DNA of 64,000 bases from a virus. Below are positions 8,907-18,055 of the stretch, piece after piece. Both the position numbers and the translations under genes were made by a program. Where the stretch lies: IMG/VR virus record IMGVR_UViG_3300028412_000004, positions 32,001 through 96,000 of that record. The stretch is one strand, 5' to 3'. Each line of letters begins with the position of its first letter. The stretch's first letter is position 1. Under the pieces are notes generated by a model, which was given only the letters and a program-made list of their open reading frames with translations, was not told where the DNA came from and did no database searches.

Positions 8907-9581
8907 ATGGATGTGAACGATTTACCTAGGACAGGTATACACAGTGAAGTAGCGAAGCCCTTATCATCAGGGCTTGCGTTGTTCCTCGCCTCTATCGCTA
9001 ACAGTACGGCGCAAAAAACATACCTGGAGGCTGCTCGCGACAAACTTACAGGTTCAGGATTTAAGGACTGGGGAATTCGTAAATTGATTCAAGCGCGCGC
9101 CCTGGCGAACGGTTACATCCCTCATAACGTGGATAAGCCGGAACACTCCGCGATCATGAATTTTAAAAAGCCTAAATCGATCGGTCCGTTCGAGCTGAAA
9201 GGCGTGCTTGCATCCTCCAAGGATACAGGCCCAGGCGTTATGGCCCACGAGATGGGTCACATACTGCAGAATACTCACCTCCCGACATACTCCCTTTCGC
9301 AACAGGCCCCGTCTTTAGGTACGCTAGGCGTAGCACTACTTCCCGGCAGGCGTGCGAAGTTAACATCTGCAATAGCTGGAGCTGTCGGCGGGCTTCCTAC
9401 ACTAGGTTACGAAGTAGATGCCTCGCGTAGAGGCAGTAACATCTTAGAGAGCTTGGGTTACGACAGCCCAGGCACGGCGTATGTCGGAGTCCCAACTTAC
9501 GCCCTCAATGTGGGTATGCCACTGGGTGCTTACGGCATACGGCAGGCTGTACTCAAAGCATTGACCAAAGGCCGGGCTTAG
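8907..9581 (+). CDS. zincin-like Zn metallopeptidase with hydrophobic Gly-rich helices
   Basis: HEMGH (HExxH) plus downstream YEVDASRRG third-ligand motif. Confidence 0.75.
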   Translation: MDVNDLPRTGIHSEVAKPLSSGLALFLASIANSTAQKTYLEAARDKLTGSGFKDWGIRKLIQARALANGYIPHNVDKPEHSAIMNFKKPKSIGPFELKGVLASSKDTGPGVMAHEMGHILQNTHLPTYSLSQQAPSLGTLGVALLPGRRAKLTSAIAGAVGGLPTLGYEVDASRRGSNILESLGYDSPGTAYVGVPTYALNVGMPLGAYGIRQAVLKALTKGRA

Positions 9582-9595
9582 GGCACACTTCGCAA
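9561..9595 (+). promoter_or_regulatory. TTGACC..CACACT promoter inside the end of the peptidase gene, predicted leaderless
   Basis: 17-nt spacer; hexamer ends 6 nt before ATG 9596. Confidence 0.5.
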
Positions 9596-10747
9596 ATGAC
9601 ATCCGTAGATTCAGTAGAAAACGTAGATACGCCTAAACCTAAGCTGACAGGCCCAGCCGCGATTGAGCACGCGCTCACTGGCCTTGATCTTGGTAAATTG
9701 GAGGCGGAGCAGCGCGACATTATTAATAAGAAGCTGGTATCCAAAAGACCTAAGGCTGTGCAGGTGCTTAACGTTCTGGAAGGTCTGAAGCGTAACAACG
9801 TGCAGCCTACTGACTTTCTTATAAAGAACGTCCCTGTGATTCCATCTGAGTTTAGACCGTTCACTGCTATGGGAAACACTTTTGTAGCTGGCGACGCTAA
9901 TGAGCTTTACCGGGACTTAATTGATATGCGAGACGCCCACCGCGAGGAGCGCAGTGTTTTTGGGGATGAGGGTGCAGGGGACTCTAGGATGGGACTCTAT
10001 AACGCGGTTAAAGCGACTTACGGCTACGGAGACCCCGTCAAGACAAAGACCCGGCAGCGCGGTGTGTCAGGGTTTCTTAAAAAGGTAACTGGTAGTAATC
10101 CTAAACATGGTTTTTTCCAGCAGAAGCTTATAGGTAAGACGCAGGATAATGTAGCACGCGGGACCATCGGCGTTAATCCTGACCTCTCCATGGACCAGAT
10201 CGATTTACCTAAAGACATGGCTTGGCGTATGTATGCTCCTTACATTCAACGTAGGCTTGTGCGGGCGGGTGTTGGACCTATGGATGCCATTAAAGGTATT
10301 CGTGATAGAACACCTCTAGCAGAGCGGGCGCTGCAGAAAGAGGTCGAGGAGCGACCGGTTATTTACTCTCGATCGCCAAGCTGGCATAAATACAACGTGC
10401 TCGCAGGACGTCCTAATCTGATCGACGGGGATGCTATCCGTATTAATCCATTCGTAACAACAGGTTTAAATGCTGACTTCGACGGCGATGCCATTAATGT
10501 GCACGTCCCTAGTGAAAGCGAGGTGGTAAAAGAAGCTCTAGAAAAGCTGGCACCTTCAAAACAACTCCTGTCTACGCGAGATCCTACGAGGGTTGTTCCT
10601 TCCTTAAAGCACGAACAGATACTCGGGCTCTACACGGCGAAGCACCGCAAAGGGAACAAGTTTCAATTTTCATCCAAGGAGGCGGCGCTGGCTGCTATCA
10701 AACGAGGTGAAGTATCTCTCAACGATGACATCGCTATAATGAGTTAA
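9596..10747 (+). CDS. rpoC: RNA polymerase beta' central, catalytic fragment
   Basis: NADFDGD motif; VPVIPSEFRP; GFFQQKLIGK; IYSRSPSWH. Confidence 0.95.
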   Translation: MTSVDSVENVDTPKPKLTGPAAIEHALTGLDLGKLEAEQRDIINKKLVSKRPKAVQVLNVLEGLKRNNVQPTDFLIKNVPVIPSEFRPFTAMGNTFVAGDANELYRDLIDMRDAHREERSVFGDEGAGDSRMGLYNAVKATYGYGDPVKTKTRQRGVSGFLKKVTGSNPKHGFFQQKLIGKTQDNVARGTIGVNPDLSMDQIDLPKDMAWRMYAPYIQRRLVRAGVGPMDAIKGIRDRTPLAERALQKEVEERPVIYSRSPSWHKYNVLAGRPNLIDGDAIRINPFVTTGLNADFDGDAINVHVPSESEVVKEALEKLAPSKQLLSTRDPTRVVPSLKHEQILGLYTAKHRKGNKFQFSSKEAALAAIKRGEVSLNDDIAIMS

Positions 10748-10762
10748 TCTAGCAGTCTACGC

Positions 10763-10797
10763 TTGCATACTTAGAGGTGTTATTTTTCAATGTAAGT
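10763..10797 (+). promoter_or_regulatory. TTGCAT..TTCAAT promoter, predicted leaderless
   Basis: 17-nt spacer; hexamer ends 6 nt before ATG 10798. Confidence 0.55.
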
Positions 10798-11337
10798 ATG
10801 ACCACTAGCATATACTCCTCTGAAAAAGCTCTTAACCTTTTAGCGAATCTATCTTCGTTTAACAAACGCGCATTTCAACCGGCTCCGCCGCCGCAGGGCG
10901 CGATGCCTCCTGGTGTGGATCCCTCAATGATGCCCCCTGGTGCGATGCCTCCTGGTGTGGATCCCTCAATGATGCCTCCTGGTATGGATCCCTCGATGAT
11001 GCCTCCTGGAGCGATGCCCCCTGGCGCGATGCCTCCTGGTGCGATGCCCCCTGGCGCGATGCCTCCTGGTGCGATGCCTCCTGGTGCGATGCCTCCTGGT
11101 ATGGATCCCTCGATGATGCCTCCTGGAGCGATGCCTCCACAGCCTGCTGGCGTTAACCCAGAAATAGAAACCATGCTCAGTGAAGTGTTGGGCGGCATGG
11201 AGCAGATGGCATTGGTGTTGGAGCAGGAAAAAGCCGAGAAGGCTGAAATGGCACAGCGTCTTGAGAGTATGTCTTCACGAATGAATCAACTGGAATCTTT
11301 TTTTAAACAATCGGACAGCGCTCCAGCAGGAGTTTAA
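10798..11337 (+). CDS. Met/Pro/Gly-repeat protein with C-terminal coiled coil
   Basis: KRAF site, then GAMPP and GxDPSMMPP repeats, then an acidic helical tail; start moved to ATG 10798. Confidence 0.7.
   Translation: MTTSIYSSEKALNLLANLSSFNKRAFQPAPPPQGAMPPGVDPSMMPPGAMPPGVDPSMMPPGMDPSMMPPGAMPPGAMPPGAMPPGAMPPGAMPPGAMPPGMDPSMMPPGAMPPQPAGVNPEIETMLSEVLGGMEQMALVLEQEKAEKAEMAQRLESMSSRMNQLESFFKQSDSAPAGV
10897..11139 (+). repeat. in-frame tandem repeats GAMPP (15 nt) and G(V/M)DPSMMPP (27 nt)
   Basis: Directly visible near-identical units. Confidence 0.95.
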
Positions 11338-11339
11338 TT

Positions 11340-11552
11340 ATGATTAGAATGCGTAAAACAGATGGCACTTTTGTCACACTGAGAGATGAATTCAAGTTTG
11401 TGGAGCTATGCGACTTGGACGGTAACATAGGAGAACTTCTGCTAGATCAAGACGATGGAAGTATTCAACGTGTGTCGGCAGACAGTCCGGAGGCCAAGCG
11501 CTACGCGAGCCTCTTCGGAGTTGATTTCTGCGAGATGAAACAATTAGATTAA
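11340..11552 (+). CDS. hypothetical protein
   Basis: 70 aa ORF, 2 nt after the previous stop. Confidence 0.6.
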   Translation: MIRMRKTDGTFVTLRDEFKFVELCDLDGNIGELLLDQDDGSIQRVSADSPEAKRYASLFGVDFCEMKQLD

Positions 11553-11576
11553 CAACACAGCAACGGTAGAACTGAG

Positions 11577-12173
11577 ATGCACCACTTCATAGTAGTATCA
11601 GGCTTCACGCAGAAGAAATGGGCGAAGCACGGCAACGGCAGTATAAACATATACCGCAACGTCCGTGACATCCTCAAGGGTGTAGGTAATATTGAGTTCG
11701 CGCTACTAGAGTGGCACAACGACCCGGAAGGGTATGCCAGGTTCGTAGCGCAGCACTACGTGTCGGGTGATACAATCGTGTTAGCGGGTTACAGCTATGG
11801 GGGCGGTTACTGGGCGCGTGAATTTCTTAAGACTCTTAAGAGTATAGCACCTCACATCAAAGTGAATACCGTCATATTGTGTGACCCTGTATATCGTCAC
11901 CCGTTCTTCTTAATGAGATTTCTTGCATTGTTCTCAATCAAACTCAAAATTAATTTTGGGAATGTAGATAACCTTGTGCATTTTTTCCAGACTAAGGATA
12001 AGCCGGGTAACAATTCTTTGATACTCGACGAAGGTGTTAATTATGCCGGACCATGTGAGCTTGACTATCATCATGTGAAGATGGATAACTCGGTGGAGTA
12101 TCACGACGCGGTATTAGAAGCTGCGGTTAAGCATTTCCTAGAAGAAAAGAGAGAACACCATTGTGAAGTTTAA
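11577..12173 (+). CDS. alpha/beta hydrolase
   Basis: Nucleophile elbow AGYSYGG (GxSxG), N-terminal VVSGF strand, late His. Confidence 0.75.
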   Translation: MHHFIVVSGFTQKKWAKHGNGSINIYRNVRDILKGVGNIEFALLEWHNDPEGYARFVAQHYVSGDTIVLAGYSYGGGYWAREFLKTLKSIAPHIKVNTVILCDPVYRHPFFLMRFLALFSIKLKINFGNVDNLVHFFQTKDKPGNNSLILDEGVNYAGPCELDYHHVKMDNSVEYHDAVLEAAVKHFLEEKREHHCEV

Positions 12174-12450
12174 ACTGCTAATACTTACAGCGCTATGCGG
12201 CGTGGCGTTCCTGTCCGGATGCCAAAGCGTTACTGTTAACATTTACCTCCTGCCTGAAGGGGAGGAAGATTCCCCAGGGGTGCATCTTGCAGACTTGGAG
12301 GAGTTAGGAGCCAAGTTATCTGGGGTCAGAGTGAATCAGTCTATGTACAAGGCAAACGCCGGCGTAGGTAACTGGTTGGATCAAGATACAGACGCGTCTG
12401 CCACAATTCCCGCCTCCATTCTAGGGGGCCCTCAAAACGTAAGAAAATAA
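12163..12450 (+). CDS. lipoprotein
   Basis: GTG start, signal peptide ending LSG-C. Confidence 0.7.
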   Translation: MKFKLLILTALCGVAFLSGCQSVTVNIYLLPEGEEDSPGVHLADLEELGAKLSGVRVNQSMYKANAGVGNWLDQDTDASATIPASILGGPQNVRK

Positions 12451-12455
12451 AAACC

Positions 12456-13118
12456 ATGAAATCAGTAAAAATAAACATGCTATTAGCTCTACTCACTGGG
12501 CTAGTATTCGGGTGTACCACTATACAAAACAACCCCATCATAGCGAAAGGTGTTATTCAATACGGCGCCTACGAGCTATTCGAAGCCTCCGACGACAGTA
12601 TCAGGAGTGCGGAAAACGTGCTGGATATTTCGAAGAAGTTGGCGGACTCCAGCGCCGAAGCTGTTACCGTGAAGGTTCTGGCAGACCTGGCGCGTGCCGA
12701 GGTAGCTAAAAAGAATCTGACTCCCGAACGACAAGCCGCGGCTGATGTTTTTATCACGGCTATTAAGGATCAGATCGATAAACGTATTGCGGCGAACTTC
12801 TTAAGCCCGGAGGACCTTGTTACTATTAATCAGGTATTCGTATGGACTCGAGAAGCTGCGGAGCTTTATCTAGCGTCTCGCGAAAAGACTATGGAGGCTG
12901 CACGAGTGCCGGCACTCGCGGTGTCTGCTGAACAGACTTCCGTGTATCAAGCACCATTATGGGCGCATTGGAAATACGGGGAGCATTGGTCTGACTCTCT
13001 GTGGGATACCACTTCTTGGTTCTCAGGTTGTGATAGTTACGCAAGCTTCCGCGCATTTCACAGCTACGGACTGACCGATGCAGAGCGGAGTGCCTTTGCT
13101 CAACAAACTGCTAAGTAA
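12456..13118 (+). CDS. lipoprotein, helical
   Basis: Signal peptide ending VFG-C. Confidence 0.7.
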   Translation: MKSVKINMLLALLTGLVFGCTTIQNNPIIAKGVIQYGAYELFEASDDSIRSAENVLDISKKLADSSAEAVTVKVLADLARAEVAKKNLTPERQAAADVFITAIKDQIDKRIAANFLSPEDLVTINQVFVWTREAAELYLASREKTMEAARVPALAVSAEQTSVYQAPLWAHWKYGEHWSDSLWDTTSWFSGCDSYASFRAFHSYGLTDAERSAFAQQTAK

Positions 13119-13387
13119 TGAAAATAACAGCACTCTACTTACTAGCAGCGCTGTTACTTGTCGGCGGTTGCGTTAATCCTGGAAATCGCGCAGGTACGCT
13201 ACCGCCGACTCCGGCAGAAGTTTACGCTTCTACTGGATGGCAGGCCAACACTGTCACTGCGCTGGCCTTCGACCTTAGGGAAGATGGCAAGTTTGACTAC
13301 GTATGGGCGGAGGACGTCCCGCAAGACCTCCGACACAAGCTCGAACTCAGAGCCATACACCTGAATAAAAACTGGGACGGAGAATAA
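13118..13387 (+). CDS. lipoprotein
   Basis: Signal peptide ending VGG-C; TAATG coupling to the previous gene. Confidence 0.7.
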   Translation: MKITALYLLAALLLVGGCVNPGNRAGTLPPTPAEVYASTGWQANTVTALAFDLREDGKFDYVWAEDVPQDLRHKLELRAIHLNKNWDGE

Positions 13388-13393
13388 TTACTA

Positions 13394-14212
13394 ATGCCTA
13401 AGCTCAAGAGATCACACAACCTTTACTTAAAATCCAGGGCCTTAGTGGGTATGCCTCCACTGCCCGAAGAGAAGTTGGGGCTTAAAGGTCCGGACCCTGT
13501 GGACGTTAATGACTTTATACGAGAGCCTGCCGGCGATCGGTTAACGCCCATAAACCTACTGGATACCTACCCGGTACCTGTAATGGACCAGGGACGCACC
13601 AACCGCTGCGGGCCTTACTCCGGGGTTAGTGGGATGTCCATATTGATGCAGAAAGCCACGACGGAACGTACGCCTATGAGCGTGAACGACCTGTATAGGT
13701 TTTGCAGCAGAGACATCACAGTGGACGAGGGTGTTTATATGCGCGACCTTATGGCGGGTATGGCCGAGCACGGGGCCCTGCCAGAAAGAATGTGGCCTAA
13801 CCATAGAAGGTTCGACGAACTTCCGAAAGGTCTAGACGAAACCCACGCCTGGGACCCTATGCGATTTCGCATACGCGGCGGTTACTGGCGTATACGTGAT
13901 GCAAAAGACGCTGCTCATATTCTTTCCGCAGAGCAGTTACCAATCTGGGTTGGGTGCACTCTTTACAAGAACGTGGTCGACGCGGCTATGTATGACGGCG
14001 TGTTTAAGATGCCCTCCCCGCGAGACACGATTATAGGAGGTCATGCTATGTTGGTGGTAGGGTGGTTATACAAGAACGGCGTGCGTTACTTCATCCTACT
14101 CAATTCCTGGGGATACAACGTAGGCTTACGTGGACTTTTCCTAATGCCGGACTCTTATGTGGACGAGAATATCTGTACCGACCTATGGACAGTGGCTAGA
14201 GACATGTTTTAG
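13394..14212 (+). CDS. papain-like (C1) cysteine peptidase
   Basis: DQGRTNRC, GGHAMLVVGW and LLNSWG catalytic motifs. Confidence 0.9.
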   Translation: MPKLKRSHNLYLKSRALVGMPPLPEEKLGLKGPDPVDVNDFIREPAGDRLTPINLLDTYPVPVMDQGRTNRCGPYSGVSGMSILMQKATTERTPMSVNDLYRFCSRDITVDEGVYMRDLMAGMAEHGALPERMWPNHRRFDELPKGLDETHAWDPMRFRIRGGYWRIRDAKDAAHILSAEQLPIWVGCTLYKNVVDAAMYDGVFKMPSPRDTIIGGHAMLVVGWLYKNGVRYFILLNSWGYNVGLRGLFLMPDSYVDENICTDLWTVARDMF

Positions 14213-14267
14213 TAAAATAGTACCGTTGACACTTTAGCGGTTTAACCAATAACATACTTGCTAAATT

Positions 14268-14837
14268 ATGACACCTGAAGAACGCAAAGACCTCGCTAAG
14301 GATTTCCACGAAATAGCCCGAGCCACTGTTAGTCAAAGCAAACGCCCTTGGTGGTTGAGTTGGGGTATCCCATTGCTTGTACTAGGGCTTTTGGGATGGT
14401 TTACCAACGAGATGTACCAGAACCTTAAGGACGGGCAGAATGCTACAATGCAGTCTCAGAAAGAAGCTTCGCAAACGAATGCTGCGCAGAATGAATCCCT
14501 CGCAGTCACGGCGCGAGTCCTGCAAGGGCTTCAAAAGGATATTACAGAAACAAGAGCCTACACTAAAGAAGAATCCCTAGCTCTGCGACAGGAGATACAA
14601 GCGGCTAGAGCTGATCCGTGGACCGCAACAGACGACGCCCAAACTCGTAGAGACATGCATGATTTAGTCGAACGCGGGAATATCGTCCTACAAACACAGA
14701 TCGGGAGGCACAGCGATATCTTAGATAAACACGCAGTCCGACTAGACCGACTAGACAACTTCAACACAAGCACCCGGATAAACACAGAGCGTATTAACGG
14801 AAAGTTAAACACACTCTTAGAAAACATTAAAAATTAA
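14268..14837 (+). CDS. single-TM coiled-coil protein (holin/hemolysin-like)
   Basis: TM segment WWLSWGIPLLVLGLLGWF followed by heptad-rich region; TTGACA at 14226. Confidence 0.5.
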   Translation: MTPEERKDLAKDFHEIARATVSQSKRPWWLSWGIPLLVLGLLGWFTNEMYQNLKDGQNATMQSQKEASQTNAAQNESLAVTARVLQGLQKDITETRAYTKEESLALRQEIQAARADPWTATDDAQTRRDMHDLVERGNIVLQTQIGRHSDILDKHAVRLDRLDNFNTSTRINTERINGKLNTLLENIKN

Positions 14838-14862
14838 TGCCGCTGCCAGCACCCATAACAAT

Positions 14863-15060
14863 ATGTTTGGAAGACAAATAGCTTTTGCAATATTTAGGAC
14901 CGCATTTAGACCTATCGCGGAGCCTGCTGCTGGGCGCAATGTCCCTGTTTTTGACAACGACCCGTCTACCTACACAGACACTGGCTGGATTTTAGCTTAT
15001 GGATCTTGGGATGACTCAAAGGTGTGGATGGATTCAGAAACTTTCAACACAAACCCTTAA
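14863..15060 (+). CDS. small hypothetical, possibly structural protein
   Basis: Trp/Asp motif WILAYGSWDDSKVWMD. Confidence 0.5.
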   Translation: MFGRQIAFAIFRTAFRPIAEPAAGRNVPVFDNDPSTYTDTGWILAYGSWDDSKVWMDSETFNTNP

Positions 15061-15158
15061 AATGAACACCGCAGCACTTTCCTACCAGTTTGGAGTCCTT
15101 GAGACTTTTAATAAGTTGTTGCTTAAATAGACTTATTCTACTTTAACACCTAAACATT

Positions 15159-16229
15159 ATGATCGAAGATATTGAAAATGGAGAATCCGGCGCAGTCGTC
15201 CGGGGTAAACTGAATGCCGCTTTAGCTGAAATCAATAACCTCGGCACCGCCGCGCTGCTCGACACTGGTAGCGGGATTGGGGAAGTAATCATCTCTGAAG
15301 CTACAGCACCCGTCACCCTGCAGCCCGTCGTATGGGGAGCAGCAGGAGGTGTTGATCAATCGACGTTCCCAGAGTTTCTTAGTAATCTGAACGCCGCCCG
15401 AGGCGTAGATCTGCTCGATGAGAATACTGGATTCACTCAGGCACAAATTCAAGCATCCGAGGCAGTCATCCAGGACGAGTTGACCGCCCTCGACGCCGCG
15501 ATCACGCAGACGGATGCCGACACTGTAGCGGCACTTGCGCTCAAGCAAGACATACTGGCAGAAGGCGCGTTCGTGGATGGCGATAAGGACAAACTGGATG
15601 CCGCTTTCGCCAATCAACTTAACCTCACCCTCTTAGTAGGTGCAGCAGACGCAGTGACAGGCTTCGCTCTGGATGCTATTCCTGATTATTGGAAAAGCGG
15701 CGTAACCACGATCACCGCTGCTCATATCGGAAACAGCGTAACGAGCATCGGCAGCTCCGCATTCTACAGCTGCACTGCCCTAACCTCCGTCACTATCGGA
15801 AACAGCGTCACAACCATCGGCAGCTCCGCATTCTACTCCTGCACTGCCCTAACCCCCATCACCATCCCAGACAGCGTCACAACCATCGACAGCTACGCAT
15901 TCCATTACTGCACTGCCCTAACCTCCATCACCATCCCAGACAGCGTAACGAGCATCGGCATGTCCGCATTCGGCTTGTCTGGTCTAACCTCCATCACCAT
16001 CCCAGACAGCGTCACAACCATCGGCAGCTACGCATTCCAATACTGCACTAGCTTAACATCCATCACCATAACAAGCGTGCCTGCCGCCGCTTGGACAGGA
16101 ACAAACGGGCTTTTAAGCACAACATTACTTACCGACATCAATATCACGGCAGATGTGTTCGCTCAGTATGACGGGGCATGGCGCACCGCTCAAAGCGTTG
16201 ATCCTAGCGTAACCCTCAACTCAATCTAA
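15159..16229 (+). CDS. fibre-like protein with BspA-type leucine-rich repeats
   Basis: Five IPDSVTTIGSxAFxxCTxLTSIT repeats; N-terminus resembles a phage fibre anchor. Confidence 0.85.
   Translation: MIEDIENGESGAVVRGKLNAALAEINNLGTAALLDTGSGIGEVIISEATAPVTLQPVVWGAAGGVDQSTFPEFLSNLNAARGVDLLDENTGFTQAQIQASEAVIQDELTALDAAITQTDADTVAALALKQDILAEGAFVDGDKDKLDAAFANQLNLTLLVGAADAVTGFALDAIPDYWKSGVTTITAAHIGNSVTSIGSSAFYSCTALTSVTIGNSVTTIGSSAFYSCTALTPITIPDSVTTIDSYAFHYCTALTSITIPDSVTSIGMSAFGLSGLTSITIPDSVTTIGSYAFQYCTSLTSITITSVPAAAWTGTNGLLSTTLLTDINITADVFAQYDGAWRTAQSVDPSVTLNSI
15726..16067 (+). repeat. five LRR-coding units (69, 69, 69, 66, 69 nt)
   Basis: Units start at 15726, 15795, 15864, 15933 and 15999. Confidence 0.95.
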
Positions 16230-16230
16230 T

Positions 16231-17031
16231 ATGGCTAAACAAATACATTATACCAGCGGCTTACCGCGAGCTTGTAGCACACTCCTGCAAAATCTACTTG
16301 CTCAAAATCCTCTTGTTCACGCAACAGCTACGAGTGGGGTGCATGAGATTATGTATCTATCAAAAGCGTTCTTCAAGACGGATGAGTTTCGCACACTCCC
16401 TAATCCCTTGGATGGTGAGAGATTATTTGGCGACTTTATGCGAGCCGGTATTGCCAACTCATTTGAAAGTTTAACAGATCGACCTGTGGTGGTAGATAAG
16501 TGCCGTTCATGGATTGGTAGTGCCAACCTACTGTTTAAGCTCTATCCAGATGCCAAGCTATTAATCCCTGTTCGCGACATTCGTGGGGTTCTCTCAAGCA
16601 TGGAAAAGAAGTTTCAAGCACACCCAGAATTTCAATTGGAGGCGACACAGCAAGACACTGGCCGCATCCAAACTATCGAGGGTCGTTGCCAGTTCTGGCT
16701 AGATAGTGCCCCTGTCGGTATCGCTATTCAACGCCTCCATGAGATAGTCCGACTCCATAAGGACAAGGTTCACTTCGTTCATGCGGAAGACCTCACCAGC
16801 GACCCACAAGGCACGATGAGTCAGGTGTGGGATTACTTAGGTATGGAGCCATTCATCCATAACACAAGCAACGTGGAGCAATACACCACAGAGCACGAAC
16901 TCGGTTTCCCATACGGGGATCACTCAGTTCGCTCCGAAGTTAAGCCACTCAAACCAGATTGGCATGAAACTCTCGGCAGAACATTATCAGAACAAATCAA
17001 CCAAAAATTTAACTGGGTAAACACCTTATGA
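16231..17031 (+). CDS. sulfotransferase family protein
   Basis: PAPS-binding loop SGLPRACSTLL and 3'-PB-like IPVRDIRGVLSS. Confidence 0.8.
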   Translation: MAKQIHYTSGLPRACSTLLQNLLAQNPLVHATATSGVHEIMYLSKAFFKTDEFRTLPNPLDGERLFGDFMRAGIANSFESLTDRPVVVDKCRSWIGSANLLFKLYPDAKLLIPVRDIRGVLSSMEKKFQAHPEFQLEATQQDTGRIQTIEGRCQFWLDSAPVGIAIQRLHEIVRLHKDKVHFVHAEDLTSDPQGTMSQVWDYLGMEPFIHNTSNVEQYTTEHELGFPYGDHSVRSEVKPLKPDWHETLGRTLSEQINQKFNWVNTL

Positions 17032-17603
17032 AATACGCCATAGTAAACATTGAACGCAGACGCATAAATCGTGTCACAGACGAGACCCCGCAATTTGTCG
17101 GAGAGCAAATGGAAGTCGTTGAGATTACCGACGAACAAGCTGCCGCGATTGCTGCATCAGATACGCCGAGTTTTTTAATCGACGGAGAGCTTAAATCTAT
17201 GCCAGAAGTCATGGCAATCCGCCATGCTGAACGTGAGGCGACGCGTCTCACAGAACTCTACGCAGCAGACCCTGAAGCGGCCAAAGCAGCAAAGATTAAC
17301 CAGCTACGTTCAGCACGCGATGCAGTAGAGTTTGGGGGCATCACCTTTAACGGACTGCCCGTGCAGACCAACATGGTGACTCAGGCGCGATTAACCAGTG
17401 CTCTCTCCCTAGTGGCTCTTAATCCTGCTACAGTAATCAAGTGGGAGTTCCCCGATGGTAGTATTGTCGATCTGGACAAAGCCACCATTGAGGCTCTCGC
17501 AGCAGTGGTGTTCGGTCACGTTCAGCAAACGAGAACAGATTTCGCGGCTGCTAAAGCATTGGTTGAAGCCGCTACGACCACTGGGGAACTGGTAGCGATC
17601 TAA
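17028..17603 (+). CDS. DUF4376-like tail fibre assembly-type protein
   Basis: KINQLRSARDAVEFGGITFNG..QT..WEFPDGSIVDL pattern. Confidence 0.7.
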   Translation: MKYAIVNIERRRINRVTDETPQFVGEQMEVVEITDEQAAAIAASDTPSFLIDGELKSMPEVMAIRHAEREATRLTELYAADPEAAKAAKINQLRSARDAVEFGGITFNGLPVQTNMVTQARLTSALSLVALNPATVIKWEFPDGSIVDLDKATIEALAAVVFGHVQQTRTDFAAAKALVEAATTTGELVAI

Positions 17604-17718
17604 CCCTCACACGCTCGCAGCACCGTAGATGTTAGGATTGACTGTAAGAGTGCAGAGGCTTAACTTAAGTTGAACAATAGCAGTGGCGTCGCCGCTGTAA
17701 ACCAACAGCAGCAATATC

Positions 17719-18045
17719 ATGATCCTAAAAAACAACTCCGGTTTAACCACCCTCTTCAAAGACAATACTGAAGCGAATGCCAGCAGCCCGATACTGCCCT
17801 GCAGCTCTTTTGAGATGCACAGCGTGCAAATCGTTAACTCGGGAGGAGAGACGGTTAAGATCATGGGCAGTAACAGCCCTGAGAACACAGATGCTGATAT
17901 CGAGTTCGTGCAGATTGTAACGAACATCGTTGGTAGTGAGATTGTCATACTGGACGGAACCATACGGTGGCTGCGTATAGACCGAGGACCTGGCACAACA
18001 CCCGTAACCGCTTATGTTCTAAGCTCCGCTCTTAACGTCGGATAA
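17719..18045 (+). CDS. small beta-rich hypothetical protein
   Basis: 108 aa ORF ending 10 nt before the next gene. Confidence 0.55.
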   Translation: MILKNNSGLTTLFKDNTEANASSPILPCSSFEMHSVQIVNSGGETVKIMGSNSPENTDADIEFVQIVTNIVGSEIVILDGTIRWLRIDRGPGTTPVTAYVLSSALNVG

Positions 18046-18055
18046 GAAGGTATCT

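Noticed and set aside
8036-9595. Self-splicing intron joining the two beta' segments
   Set aside because: Contains a strong terminator and separate promoters; no group I/II core or maturase recognised by eye. An Infernal search or RT-PCR would settle it
10897-16067. Tandem repeats as a possible CRISPR array
   Set aside because: Units are in-frame coding repeats with no unique spacers, and no cas genes are seen
15726-16067. Diversity-generating retroelement acting on the LRR gene
   Set aside because: No reverse transcriptase or separate template repeat in the window; differences are block swaps, not adenine-specific
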